The notes: generated by a model from the sequence alone, not told the origin. A DNA stretch of 64,000 bases from Myxococcales bacterium (GCA_012513515.1 JAAZCA010000031.1:19905-83904); one strand, 5' to 3'. Positions 48,479 to 59,884 are shown, counted from the stretch's first letter. Numbers and translations are program-made.

Positions 48479-48892
48479 ATGAAGAACCGCAAATTGAAGA
48501 TTTTTATCCCCCTTATAATTTCAAGCGCGCTAGCAATCCTCGCCATCCCCCCCTCGATCTGCCATGGAATGGCAAAAAAACACTCCGAATCCGCTAAATT
48601 CGAAGAAAGCCCCGGCTGGAACAAGATAGATCTTCGCATGAAAACTGCGTGGAAAGAGGCTGAATCTGAAGGAAAACGCTCAAAAATGCTCGAATGTATA
48701 ATAAAAACCGAGGAAAAACCCGATAAAGATGGTCGCGAACTCCTAAAACGGGCTGGATTTAAGACCAGAACTTTTATAGGAAGGATAGTAACCGGATCGG
48801 TGGCAGCGGGAGACCTGCCGATGGTCGCTAACCTCGAAATGGTGGAAATCATGGAACTTGCGGCCCCCATGTCGCTTAAAAAGAAAAAATGA
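48479..48892 (+). CDS. Exported small protein resembling a stand-alone subtilase prodomain
   Basis: Signal peptide; C-terminal half aligns by eye with the prodomains of both S8 proteases in the window. Confidence 0.7.
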   Translation: MKNRKLKIFIPLIISSALAILAIPPSICHGMAKKHSESAKFEESPGWNKIDLRMKTAWKEAESEGKRSKMLECIIKTEEKPDKDGRELLKRAGFKTRTFIGRIVTGSVAAGDLPMVANLEMVEIMELAAPMSLKKKK

Positions 48893-48993
48893 TGCGATCA
48901 TCGCGTGTTAAAACAGGCAAGCCCCTTCTCTTATACAAAACTCAACCACGGAAGTGGGCGTCGCATCTCATTTGATGCGCAATCGGGGGAATC

Positions 48994-51375
48994 ATGAAGA
49001 AAAATCTAATCTATCTGACGATGGCGATCCTCATGGCCCTTCCATCGGCCGCGTACGCCGGAAAGCTCGATCTTCAGCTTAAAATGCTGGCCCAAAGTCC
49101 CGAAATCGGAAAGACTATGCTCGGCAAGTCCCTCTTCGTTCGCGGCGGACGAGAGTTTGTCGATGTCATAATAAAATCCTCCGATACCGCGATCACCAAA
49201 GAGGCGATCGAGGAAAATGGCGGAACGGTGAGAAGCCTCATCGGCAAGATAATGACAGCATTCGTTCCGATTTCTTACCTGAGCGCGCTGGAAAATCTGG
49301 ATGAGGTGGAAGCCGTCGAGGCATCGGTACCGATGAAAAATCTGATGGACTCCGCTCGCTCAAATACCGGCGTAGCAACGCTTCAGGCCGGATATAAGAA
49401 TGTGCAGTACACCGGGGAAAACGTCGTCGTAGGAGTCATCGACACGGGGATCGACTATTCCCATTCCGATTTCAATAACGCGGACGGAAAATCCCGCGTT
49501 CAGTACCTTCGATTTCAAAGCGCTGACGAAGATGGGTTCTCGATAACGGAATGCGCCAACGATACAATAAGGGATGGTTCGTGCGAGATATCCTACTATA
49601 ACAATAAAGATGATGGCCACGGGACTCACGTAGCCGGAATTGCAGCCGGGAGCGATAACACTTACACGGGCGTTGCCAGCGCGGCAGACATAATGCTCGT
49701 TCGAAATGATTACCGCGATGATATAGCGGAGGATGGAGAACATGCTTCAGGTCCAACATTCACGGCCGGGGTACTGGATGGGATAGCCGAAATTTTCAAA
49801 AAAGCGGACATCCTCGATAAGCCGGCCGTAATAAACATCTCTCAGGGAACCCATATCGGCGCACACGACGATACATCCCTTCTTGAATTTGGAATAAACG
49901 AAGCCGTCGCCGGAAAATATGCTGACAATGGTAAAAACTACGGCAGGGCGGTGGTTGTGGCGGCTGGCAATGAGTACGTAAACACAGATATACTGAGAGA
50001 GCTGGGAACTCTTGGTGATACATATGCAGATCATGCAGGCGGAATTCACGCCTCGTTTGATGTCCCAAATGGTGAGAGCCATGCCTGGAGGCTTTGGGTA
50101 ATACTGGGCCAAGCGGTGGGGAGAATTCCGCTTATAATCGACGCGTGGTTTGGCGTGGGAAGCCAGGACCACTGCTCGGTCGCATCGAACATATATCGTT
50201 ACAATGATGTAGCATCTTCTGGGGCATCCACCTCGAAGGCGGTGGCATCTGTAGGAGACATTCGCCTCTCTGAAAATAAGAACGAAAGCGACGAATCATC
50301 GGACAAGATAGTAGCAACCGTTCTCGCTACCGATGGAGCCGATGCCAGAAACGGAAAGCCGAGGGCGATGGTGGCGTTTGCGCCTGGAAGCAAAGCCGCC
50401 ACTATCGAAGAAGGGGAGATAATAATAATGAAAGATTACATAGGCATCACGAGCGGAAAGGGGTACGTCCTCGATATCATAATCCGCGCTAGCGGCGGAG
50501 AGTGCGGGGGGGATATGTGGTTGGAAGGGGGAGGAACCTACGCCAATTTTATGAAAGGAATCGACAACGGCGACTTTGACATGACAAGCGGCAACAACGG
50601 CGCTGCCTATGTATTCCACAGTCAAACGGGCAGTGGAAATAATTTGATGACGGTGGGGCTGCCTGCTACAGCCTCAGGCGTCATCGCGGTTGGCGCATAC
50701 CTGCAGGAAAAACCACATGGACAAAATAAGAGCGAATGGAAAGACTATTACGGCAAAACGTGGGACGCGACCGATATAGACAGCGATACGGATGGCTATG
50801 CGAATATAAATGGCGGCACTGTAATGGAGAGATGCCCATTTTCAAGCGCAGGCCCTACGGCAACCGGAGCTATCAAACCCGAAATCATGGCGCCGGGGGA
50901 CCCTGTAATCTCAACGCTGGCAAAAGGATACGAGAAATCTTACACGGATAGAGAAGGCACTAACTCCTTCAGGCCTCTCAAAATTGACCACAATCATTTC
51001 AAAAGCCAGGGGACATCGCAGGCCAGCCCTCACATAGCCGGGCTCGTGGCATTGCTATTCCAGAAAAACGACACCCTGACGGCTGACCAGACGAAGGACG
51101 CAATAATAGCCGGAGGCTCCCTCACGACCCCTACCTATGAGGTCGGATACGGAAATGTAAGCGCGACAAAGGTCATCGATTCCGTTTCTTCGCCCGATAC
51201 GCGCGGATACAGCGGAACTGGAGATCTCAGCACAAGCGATCTGAATCCCAGTTCTTCCAAGGGATGCGGAGGAAGCATAGCGCCTTTTGATTCTGCCGGT
51301 TCCCTGTCGCAGATCATCATTCTCGCACTCGCCGCGGCAGGAATGGCGGTGCGAAGGATGAAAAAACATTGTTAA
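48994..51375 (+). CDS. S8 serine protease with MYXO-CTERM-like tail (paralog of 26845)
   Basis: GVIDTG, DDGHGTHVAG, VAAGNE, QGTSQASPHIAG; tail KGCGG...IIILALAAAGMAVRRMKK. Confidence 0.92.
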   Translation: MKKNLIYLTMAILMALPSAAYAGKLDLQLKMLAQSPEIGKTMLGKSLFVRGGREFVDVIIKSSDTAITKEAIEENGGTVRSLIGKIMTAFVPISYLSALENLDEVEAVEASVPMKNLMDSARSNTGVATLQAGYKNVQYTGENVVVGVIDTGIDYSHSDFNNADGKSRVQYLRFQSADEDGFSITECANDTIRDGSCEISYYNNKDDGHGTHVAGIAAGSDNTYTGVASAADIMLVRNDYRDDIAEDGEHASGPTFTAGVLDGIAEIFKKADILDKPAVINISQGTHIGAHDDTSLLEFGINEAVAGKYADNGKNYGRAVVVAAGNEYVNTDILRELGTLGDTYADHAGGIHASFDVPNGESHAWRLWVILGQAVGRIPLIIDAWFGVGSQDHCSVASNIYRYNDVASSGASTSKAVASVGDIRLSENKNESDESSDKIVATVLATDGADARNGKPRAMVAFAPGSKAATIEEGEIIIMKDYIGITSGKGYVLDIIIRASGGECGGDMWLEGGGTYANFMKGIDNGDFDMTSGNNGAAYVFHSQTGSGNNLMTVGLPATASGVIAVGAYLQEKPHGQNKSEWKDYYGKTWDATDIDSDTDGYANINGGTVMERCPFSSAGPTATGAIKPEIMAPGDPVISTLAKGYEKSYTDREGTNSFRPLKIDHNHFKSQGTSQASPHIAGLVALLFQKNDTLTADQTKDAIIAGGSLTTPTYEVGYGNVSATKVIDSVSSPDTRGYSGTGDLSTSDLNPSSSKGCGGSIAPFDSAGSLSQIIILALAAAGMAVRRMKKHC

Positions 51376-51470
51376 TTGTTGGAACTGGATTCCCGCCTAA
51401 GACCGCGGGAATGACAACAAACGAGATTGTCATCCCCGCATGGTTTTGGCGGGGATCCGGTAGCTACAGT
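51376..51470. repeat. Intergenic repeat cassette (two hairpins)
   Basis: GGATTCCCGC..GCGGGAATGAC and GTCATCCCCGC..GCGGGGATCC. Confidence 0.85.
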
Positions 51471-51487
51471 AACTTGGAATCGAATAA

Positions 51488-53566
51488 ATGAAAAAAATCA
51501 TCTCAGCGGCGCTGATCGCCGCAATCGCCATCGCAGCTTCATTTGGAATCTCAAAATTAAAATTTTTATCCAGCGCTGAAGATACGACCTTCGATATCAG
51601 ACAGCTCGCCTTTTCCCCGAAAACATCTGCCAGCGCCGATATCGTCATGATCTGGATCGACGAAAAAACGATTTCGTCGCTGCCATATCGATCCCCGGTG
51701 CCGCGCGATTTCCTCGCCAAGTTAAATGACAGACTGCTTTCAGCAGGCGTGAAAATCGTGGGCTATGACATCTTTTTCAAGGGCACATCATTTCCCGAGG
51801 CCGACTCTGAACTCGCCGAATCATTGAAAAAATCAAACTCGCTCGCAGTGGTTCCGATGAGGCCGAGATCCCTCTGCCATGAAAAATTCGCAGAGGACCC
51901 GGCAATATCCGGATGCGTGGATCTTCCGGATGAAATTTTCATGAACTCACTTACGGGAATCGGACTTGCCGACCTGCCATTTTCCGCATTTGATTCCACA
52001 GTCAGGGAGGCAAAGCTTTCATTCATAACCGACCGCGGAAACACCCAATCCTTCGCTGCCATACTCTACGAGGCAGTTAGCGGCGACAGGGCGCAGGACC
52101 TGATCGGAGATCCTGCAAACTGGAAAGGGGTTGGGCTTTTATCCATCCCCCCTTTTTCTGATTCCTCCGGAAAAACAGCGATTCGTTTCGCCGGACCTCC
52201 GAGCACAATCGGATCCGAAAAAAATCCATTCAGGATATTTTCGGCGAAGATGGTCGCAGATGGCATGATTCCCGATTCATGGCTGAAGGATAAGATAGTT
52301 CTTATCGGCGCGGCATACGACGACGCCACCGATGCCTACCTCACGCCGTATTACGGAATATCTACCGGATTTGCCAGAATGAACGGCGTGGAAATACATG
52401 CAAACATTCTATCGTCGCTCATGACGAAACAGTTTTATTACTCGATAACTCGCTGGCAGGTATGGATGATATCGGCTGCGCTCGTAATTTTGGTCTCTCT
52501 TTCATCGACCATCTTCCCTCCGCTGCGATCGGCGGCTGTCGCTTTGGCTTCGGCGTTTGGATGGATATTCGTATCTGTAATCATTTTCAAAAAATATGCG
52601 ATAGTCGCTCCGATCGTAACCCCTATCGTTGCGATAGCGATATGCTATCTCTTCGGAGTTGTCTGGAAGGCACTCACCGAGGGGAGGGAGCGAAAATTCA
52701 TAAAAGGAGTTTTCTCAAGATACGTCCCGCCTGCCATAGTCGATAGGATAGTTGAAAATCCCGAGTTGATAAAGCTAGGCGGTGATGAACGGGTCATCAC
52801 CAGCATGTTCACCGACATAGCATCTTTCACGAGCATCTCGGAAAAACTCGACCCTTCGACCCTCGTTTCTTTTCTAAATGAATATCTCGGCAGGATGAAC
52901 GATGTGCTGTTCGAATTCGGCGCCACGCTCGACAAATACGAGGGGGATGCTATCATCGCATTTTTCAACGCTCCGCTCGACGTGGCAAATCATGAGATAG
53001 CCGCTGCAAGCGCCGCGATACGCATGAAAGCGGCTGAAAAAGATATCTCGGAAAAATGGAGCGGGCGCTGCGGCAGAGAAATCCGCACGAGGATCGGAAT
53101 AAACACCGGCCCTGCCGTAATCGGCAACATGGGTTCGGAAGGTCGTTTGGATTACACAGCGATCGGCGACACGATAAATCTAGCAAGCCGACTCGAGGGA
53201 ACGAATAAATTCTACGGAACGCACATAATTGCGAGCCAGTCCACCGCAGCCGCTCTGTCCGATTCGATAGTAAGAAGGCCTGTCGATCGCGTTCGTGTGA
53301 AAGGAAAAAACGAACCGATACTCATTTATGAGATCATAGGTTTTGCGAACGAGCTCGACCCGGCGCGGATCGATTTCGTAATTGCGCAATATCTTGAAGC
53401 GTTCAAAAAATTCGAACAGCGGGATTTTTCTGAAGCGAAATCGATCCTGCAAGATATTCTGACAAGACATCCCGATGATTTCCCATCAGTGGAACTTCTC
53501 AAGCGCTGCGAGCGCGGAATTTTGGATCCAAGTTGGGATCTTGTAACGGAGATCTCTGGAAAATAG
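51488..53566 (+). CDS. CHASE2-domain class III adenylate cyclase
   Basis: IVMIWIDEKT, PVPRDFLA, GVEIHANI (CHASE2), three TMs, FTDIASFT, KYEGD, RIGINTG, YTAIGDTINLASRLEG. Confidence 0.93.
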   Translation: MKKIISAALIAAIAIAASFGISKLKFLSSAEDTTFDIRQLAFSPKTSASADIVMIWIDEKTISSLPYRSPVPRDFLAKLNDRLLSAGVKIVGYDIFFKGTSFPEADSELAESLKKSNSLAVVPMRPRSLCHEKFAEDPAISGCVDLPDEIFMNSLTGIGLADLPFSAFDSTVREAKLSFITDRGNTQSFAAILYEAVSGDRAQDLIGDPANWKGVGLLSIPPFSDSSGKTAIRFAGPPSTIGSEKNPFRIFSAKMVADGMIPDSWLKDKIVLIGAAYDDATDAYLTPYYGISTGFARMNGVEIHANILSSLMTKQFYYSITRWQVWMISAALVILVSLSSTIFPPLRSAAVALASAFGWIFVSVIIFKKYAIVAPIVTPIVAIAICYLFGVVWKALTEGRERKFIKGVFSRYVPPAIVDRIVENPELIKLGGDERVITSMFTDIASFTSISEKLDPSTLVSFLNEYLGRMNDVLFEFGATLDKYEGDAIIAFFNAPLDVANHEIAAASAAIRMKAAEKDISEKWSGRCGREIRTRIGINTGPAVIGNMGSEGRLDYTAIGDTINLASRLEGTNKFYGTHIIASQSTAAALSDSIVRRPVDRVRVKGKNEPILIYEIIGFANELDPARIDFVIAQYLEAFKKFEQRDFSEAKSILQDILTRHPDDFPSVELLKRCERGILDPSWDLVTEISGK

Positions 53567-53580
53567 AGATGTATGAATGA

Positions 53581-53802
53581 GACTCCCGTGACTGGCGACA
53601 ATTGACAATGGACCATTGACCAGCTGCGATCGGTTGTTTTGGTCGATGGTCAATTGTCCATGGTCGAGGTTATTGTCGGAACGGGATTCACGTTTGCCCC
53701 GCGGTAGCGGCGGCTTAAATCATGCGGGAATGACATTCATGGTGTCATCCCCGAATGACGAGAAGGTTGTCATCCCCAAGTGCTTTAATCGGGGATCCAG
53801 TA
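53581..53802. repeat. Intergenic mosaic repeat cassette
   Basis: GGTCGATGGTCAATTGTCCATGGTCGA, CCCCGCGGTAGCGGCGGCTTAAATCATGCGGGAATGAC, tandem GTCATCCCC units. Confidence 0.9.
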
Positions 53803-53821
53803 AATCTAAAAAGGAGCTTGT

Positions 53822-54748
53822 ATGAAAAAAATATTATATATCTTCACAGCGACAGCGCTCTTGGCAATTTCCACATCCGCCTTCGCCTCTGCCATCCTAG
53901 TGGACAGCGTTGGCGGCGTATCGGTAAAATTTCCGGATGAAAAAATTATGGCCGGCGAGATAGGGATGGAGATGCCGCAGGGAAGCTTTGTATCGACCGA
54001 CAACTCGGGCAGAGCCTCGATACTCCTGGAAACGGGAACGGTGGCGGAGATAGGCCCCGACTCGAACTATTCGGTGGGAAGGGAAAGCAAAGAGGTCAAG
54101 AGCTCGGAATTCGGCGGAGGGATCATGCTCGCGATGCGCGAGATATCGGCCTCCGACGAAGGGCCTACCGTTCATGGAATGGTCAGGGGAGTTCGGACCT
54201 TCAAAAGAGCCCGGCCGCGCCCAAGGGCAAACATAATAGGAGCCATATATCCTAAAGCGACCAACGTGCTCCTGACGGATAAAATATCGTTCGAGTGGGA
54301 CTCAGAGCCGAAGGTGGACTGGCCCTCTCCCGCAATAGCCATAGATGACGCATCGGCAAAAAATATCGCTATCATACCGATAAAGCAAAATCAGAGCTCC
54401 GCTATCGTCTCCAATTCCTCAGCCAGGTTTGAACGCGGAAAAAAATACAGCTGGTATCTCGCAACGAGATCGCCTGAGCTTTCTGGAAAGACCGCACGTT
54501 TCGAATTTGGCGTCCTCCCCTACCGCGCGGAAAAGGAGCTAAATTCCGAGATCGAAAAAATAAAGGGCTTAAAAATGTCCCCGGATGGGGAAGCCTTCAT
54601 GAGAGCACAGGTCTATTATAGATACGCCCTCTATCGCATGGCGGTGGATACGCTCCAGCCGATCTACAAAAAAACCGGACAGGAAAATATCGGAAAGTTA
54701 ATAGATCTCTCTCAGAAAAAGATGGGGATAAGAAGGAGTAAGGATTAA
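53822..54748 (+). CDS. Exported protein with FecR-like N-terminus and Ig/TPR-like C-terminal region
   Basis: Signal peptide; VSTDNSGRASILLETGTVAEIGPDS is FecR-like; adjacent to the CHASE2 cyclase. Confidence 0.65.
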   Translation: MKKILYIFTATALLAISTSAFASAILVDSVGGVSVKFPDEKIMAGEIGMEMPQGSFVSTDNSGRASILLETGTVAEIGPDSNYSVGRESKEVKSSEFGGGIMLAMREISASDEGPTVHGMVRGVRTFKRARPRPRANIIGAIYPKATNVLLTDKISFEWDSEPKVDWPSPAIAIDDASAKNIAIIPIKQNQSSAIVSNSSARFERGKKYSWYLATRSPELSGKTARFEFGVLPYRAEKELNSEIEKIKGLKMSPDGEAFMRAQVYYRYALYRMAVDTLQPIYKKTGQENIGKLIDLSQKKMGIRRSKD

Positions 54749-54780
54749 GTTCGGCAGTTGAAATTCGGTTCCTGCGTTTC

Positions 54781-55755
54781 TTATTCCTTCGGAGCAGCGT
54801 AGATCATCGCAGCAGCGGGAGCCCCCCGAAGCCATTTGTCGGATGTGTTGTTGTATGTAACCGACAGAACCATGGAGGAACCCTCCGAAACCGAAATCCC
54901 CCGAGGCTCGATGAAGGGATTGCCCTCGAGGTCCAGCAACTTATTTTCGGAATCGAGCTTTGCATCTGCACGCCAGAAAGGCTCAGCGTCGTCGGCAACG
55001 CCAACCTCTATTGAGGAGCCGAAATTCGACAGGGCCCCGTGCGCTGCGACCACGGAGAGAGCTTCATTCGTTTCGAAAGAGGCCGACATCTCTGCGAAAT
55101 CATTCGGCGCGATCGAAACGGCGGAATGACCACACGGATCGAGCTCCAGGAGCATCGGCCTCACGTCCTTCAGGTTCGACTGCTCATTCATCGGTTTAAC
55201 CAGAAGCGTGAGTTCGAAGAACACATCCTGATACTCCGTGCTCGATTCATTTTTTAGCGATACACGGGCCTCCATGGGATCGGTCGATAGAATCGGGTAG
55301 CCATATCCCTGCGGAAGATTAATATCGGTGAGCATCGAGGTAGCCATGGCAAAAGGGAGGCCGCTGCCGGCGTCGGAACAAAGAGGATTTTCCTCATGGA
55401 GATTCGATAAAATGACCATGTGCAGAAGGTCATTAGGAAGCGCGCGCCCCTTTACATCTACCACCTTGGGTGAAAAACCGACCATCCAAACCGGCTCATC
55501 GCTTTGAAAGGTCATGACCAGTGGACGCTCTAGCATCTCGCCTGATTCGAGCCAGCGCGGAAGGTTCACCGGACCTATGTGATAGACAATTTTTTTGAGG
55601 CCGGCCTCAAGCGCAAGCCTGTCGGCTATCGCAGGGGAGGTATCGGCTATCGGGCCGGACTCACGCCCTGCCAGATCGGTCTCGGAAGCGGGGGAATTCG
55701 AACAGCCAACCAGGGCGACAAAAACTAAAATAGTGAATAATTTCATTCGGTTCAT
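54781..55755 (-). CDS. Hypothetical lipoprotein (possible degenerate copper-monooxygenase-like fold)
   Basis: Lipobox LVGC after MNRMKLF; LLHMVIL and VAAHGAL segments. Confidence 0.65.
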   Translation of the reverse strand: MNRMKLFTILVFVALVGCSNSPASETDLAGRESGPIADTSPAIADRLALEAGLKKIVYHIGPVNLPRWLESGEMLERPLVMTFQSDEPVWMVGFSPKVVDVKGRALPNDLLHMVILSNLHEENPLCSDAGSGLPFAMATSMLTDINLPQGYGYPILSTDPMEARVSLKNESSTEYQDVFFELTLLVKPMNEQSNLKDVRPMLLELDPCGHSAVSIAPNDFAEMSASFETNEALSVVAAHGALSNFGSSIEVGVADDAEPFWRADAKLDSENKLLDLEGNPFIEPRGISVSEGSSMVLSVTYNNTSDKWLRGAPAAAMIYAAPKE

Positions 55756-56016
55756 GGCGGCGGATAATAGCTGGTTTTCATCCCCCAACAATACGCAGGG
55801 CGTCAATAAAATCGGATATCCATTTAACGCACCCCGCCGTCCTTCCGGGGAGAGATACCCTCTATCTCCCCTAAATAAAAGCTTAGATATCAATATGTTA
55901 TTAACTTTAAGGGCTAAAACTGGGGAGGGGTACCGTTTATCTCTCCCACGAAAAAAAATGGGAAATGGGCTTGACTATGCCTGATTTGATATCATATGGT
56001 GCGCAACCTGAGGCTA

Positions 56017-56043
56017 TTAGCACTCCGTCGATGTGAGTGCTAA
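56017..56043 (+). promoter_or_regulatory. CIRCE element (HrcA operator)
   Basis: Exact TTAGCACTC-N9-GAGTGCTAA upstream of groES. Confidence 0.97.
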
Positions 56044-56088
56044 TGAATTAAACAAAACGATTTCAACTATTTAAAAGGAGGAAGGAAC

Positions 56089-56385
56089 ATGTCGAAGTTG
56101 CAGATTAAGCCGTTGCAAGACAGGGTCATCGTGAAACGCCTCTCGGGCGAAGAGAAGACCAAGGGTGGAATCATCATCCCTGACACCGCGAAGGAAAAAC
56201 CGCAAGAGGGTGAAGTGATGGCGGTCGGCAATGGCAAGATTCTCGAAAATGGAACCAAACAGCCGCTCGATGTGAAGGTCGGGGACAAAATCCTCTTCTC
56301 GAAATACTCCGGCACCGAAGTGAAGATTGAAGGTGAAGAGTTCATGATCATGCGCGAAGACGATATCCTCGGCATCATCGGCTGA
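56089..56385 (+). CDS. groES: Co-chaperonin GroES
   Basis: [29 protein letters not shown]. Confidence 0.98.
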   Translation: MSKLQIKPLQDRVIVKRLSGEEKTKGGIIIPDTAKEKPQEGEVMAVGNGKILENGTKQPLDVKVGDKILFSKYSGTEVKIEGEEFMIMREDDILGIIG

Positions 56386-56428
56386 AAAAAGAAAACCCTA
56401 ACGAAACAACGAATCAAGGAGGCTTTAA

Positions 56429-58066
<1,638 letters not shown>

Positions 58067-58087
58067 TCCAGTAAGCATAATGAAGAC

Positions 58088-58117
58088 AAAAGGCCCCTCT
58101 TTCGAGGGGCCTTTTTT
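58088..58117 (+). terminator. Rho-independent terminator of groESL
   Basis: AAAAGGCCCCTC-TTTC-GAGGGGCCTTTTTT. Confidence 0.92.
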
Positions 58118-58186
58118 ATCTCGCAAGGGGCCTAAACTCTCAATTTTGGCTCGTAATTTGACAATCTTCCTGTATAATCGCGCACC

Positions 58187-59884
58187 ATGAAAAAGATAAT
58201 CATCGTAGTTTTTTGCGCCCTCCTCATCTCTTCCGTGCTTGCTTCGACCTCCCCAGCGATGGATTTTTCGGTCCACGGATATTTCAGAAACCGCGGAGTG
58301 GTAAACTATGACCTCGACCTTCATAGAAAAAAAACGAACATGCCAGACTCAAATGATCGCTTCGGACTCATCCAGTACAACCAGATGAGGCTTCGCCTCG
58401 AACCTGTATTCAAGCTCAACAATTACTTGTCTATGCAGGGGCAGCTCGACATCCTCGACAACGTCCTATTCGGAAGCAAAGACACGGAGCAGCTGCATAT
58501 CATCGCCCCGATAGTCGGCGATCAGACTCTCCCTCCGGGAGCCGGATCATTCTACATGTCCGGCCCCTCGACCGTTGGAACAAATGGCGCAATCAATGTT
58601 CGTCGCATATGGGCCGATATTTTAACTCCGATAGGAAAGTTTCGAATAGGACGCCAGCCCTCAAACTGGGGGCTCGGAATATTCCAAAATGACGGAAACG
58701 ACCTTCAGGGAGATTTCGGAGACACCGCAGACAGGCTGATGTACATCATGCAGTACGATATCGCAGGCACCGGCGCCATGACTGGAGGGCTTTTTTGGGA
58801 CATCGCCTACGATGCCCAGTTCGATCCGAGGCAGGATCTCTTCAACACAACCCTCGCACCAAACAGCGATGACTGTCAGCAGTACGGTGCGATACTTCTG
58901 TTCGAACGCCCGGAGTTTGCGCTCGGGATGACGGGAGGCCTTCGCCGCAGAAATGGCCGCACCGGAAATACGACGATGTGGGTCACCGATGCCAACGGCG
59001 ATGAAATCAGGGCTGGCATCGACGGCAAAACGCTCATGTACTTCGCTGATCTCTATGCCAGATACACCTATGAAAACTACGAGTTCAAATTCGAAGGGGT
59101 ATATCTGGGCGGAAAGGTAACCACCGGTCTCGCTCTGGATTCGATACCATTCGCCGGCCTGTCAGGTGGAGTGGATGGCATCATCCAGCTTCCGCCGGAA
59201 CAGCGAATGCGCACATTCATGGCGGCGTTCGAGGCAACCGGAAAGTACAAGACGGGGGATGAGTGGAAGTTCCAGACTGGATACGCTGAAGGGGATGACA
59301 CTCCATTTTCCAATAATATAACGATGTTCGGATTCAGGCCCGACTATCAAATAGCGCTGATAATGTTCAACCTGCCGCTCGGATCTTCTCCGGCCCTGTA
59401 TGGAGCAAAAAATTACGGCCCAGCAGGGTCGCAGTATCTGGCTGGGAAAAAGCCTATCACCAGCAATTACATAAACAACGCTCTGTATTTCTCGCTCGGC
59501 TACAAACACAAATTTGATCTCGCAGGAACCGAGTGGGCTCAGTGGGCCAAGGTCGGCACAAAAATCACAACGGCATGGGCTCCCAAGAAAAACACGAATA
59601 TAAACCTGGCCGATCTCATTCCGCAGCAGGGAAGGTGGCCCTCGATAAGCGAGCGCAGCACTTCTATGTGGCAGCGCTGGTACGGCCTCGAAGTTGATCT
59701 ATTGGCCGAGGCTATGCTATTCGAAAATCTCTATACGGCGCTTGAGGGTGGCATACTCCTCCCCGGAAGGGCGTACGATATAGATGTAAATCTCGTCGAT
59801 CCGGGTTCAATCATCGATCCGATCCCGAGGGATAAGGCCGAGCTGGCCTGGATGATCAGGCTCACCGCTTCGATCCTCTTCTAA
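58187..59884 (+). CDS. Outer-membrane beta-barrel protein (alginate-export/TIGR04551-like)
   Basis: Signal peptide, MRLRLEP, RIGRQPSNWGLGIFQNDG, C-terminal RLTASILF. Confidence 0.75.
   Translation: MKKIIIVVFCALLISSVLASTSPAMDFSVHGYFRNRGVVNYDLDLHRKKTNMPDSNDRFGLIQYNQMRLRLEPVFKLNNYLSMQGQLDILDNVLFGSKDTEQLHIIAPIVGDQTLPPGAGSFYMSGPSTVGTNGAINVRRIWADILTPIGKFRIGRQPSNWGLGIFQNDGNDLQGDFGDTADRLMYIMQYDIAGTGAMTGGLFWDIAYDAQFDPRQDLFNTTLAPNSDDCQQYGAILLFERPEFALGMTGGLRRRNGRTGNTTMWVTDANGDEIRAGIDGKTLMYFADLYARYTYENYEFKFEGVYLGGKVTTGLALDSIPFAGLSGGVDGIIQLPPEQRMRTFMAAFEATGKYKTGDEWKFQTGYAEGDDTPFSNNITMFGFRPDYQIALIMFNLPLGSSPALYGAKNYGPAGSQYLAGKKPITSNYINNALYFSLGYKHKFDLAGTEWAQWAKVGTKITTAWAPKKNTNINLADLIPQQGRWPSISERSTSMWQRWYGLEVDLLAEAMLFENLYTALEGGILLPGRAYDIDVNLVDPGSIIDPIPRDKAELAWMIRLTASILF

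Noticed and set aside
8101-55945. Recurrent TATCTCYCC near several gene starts (about 8101, 48423, 55863, 55937)
   Set aside because: No consistent partner element, spacing or orientation; may reflect complements of purine-rich RBS-like sequence.
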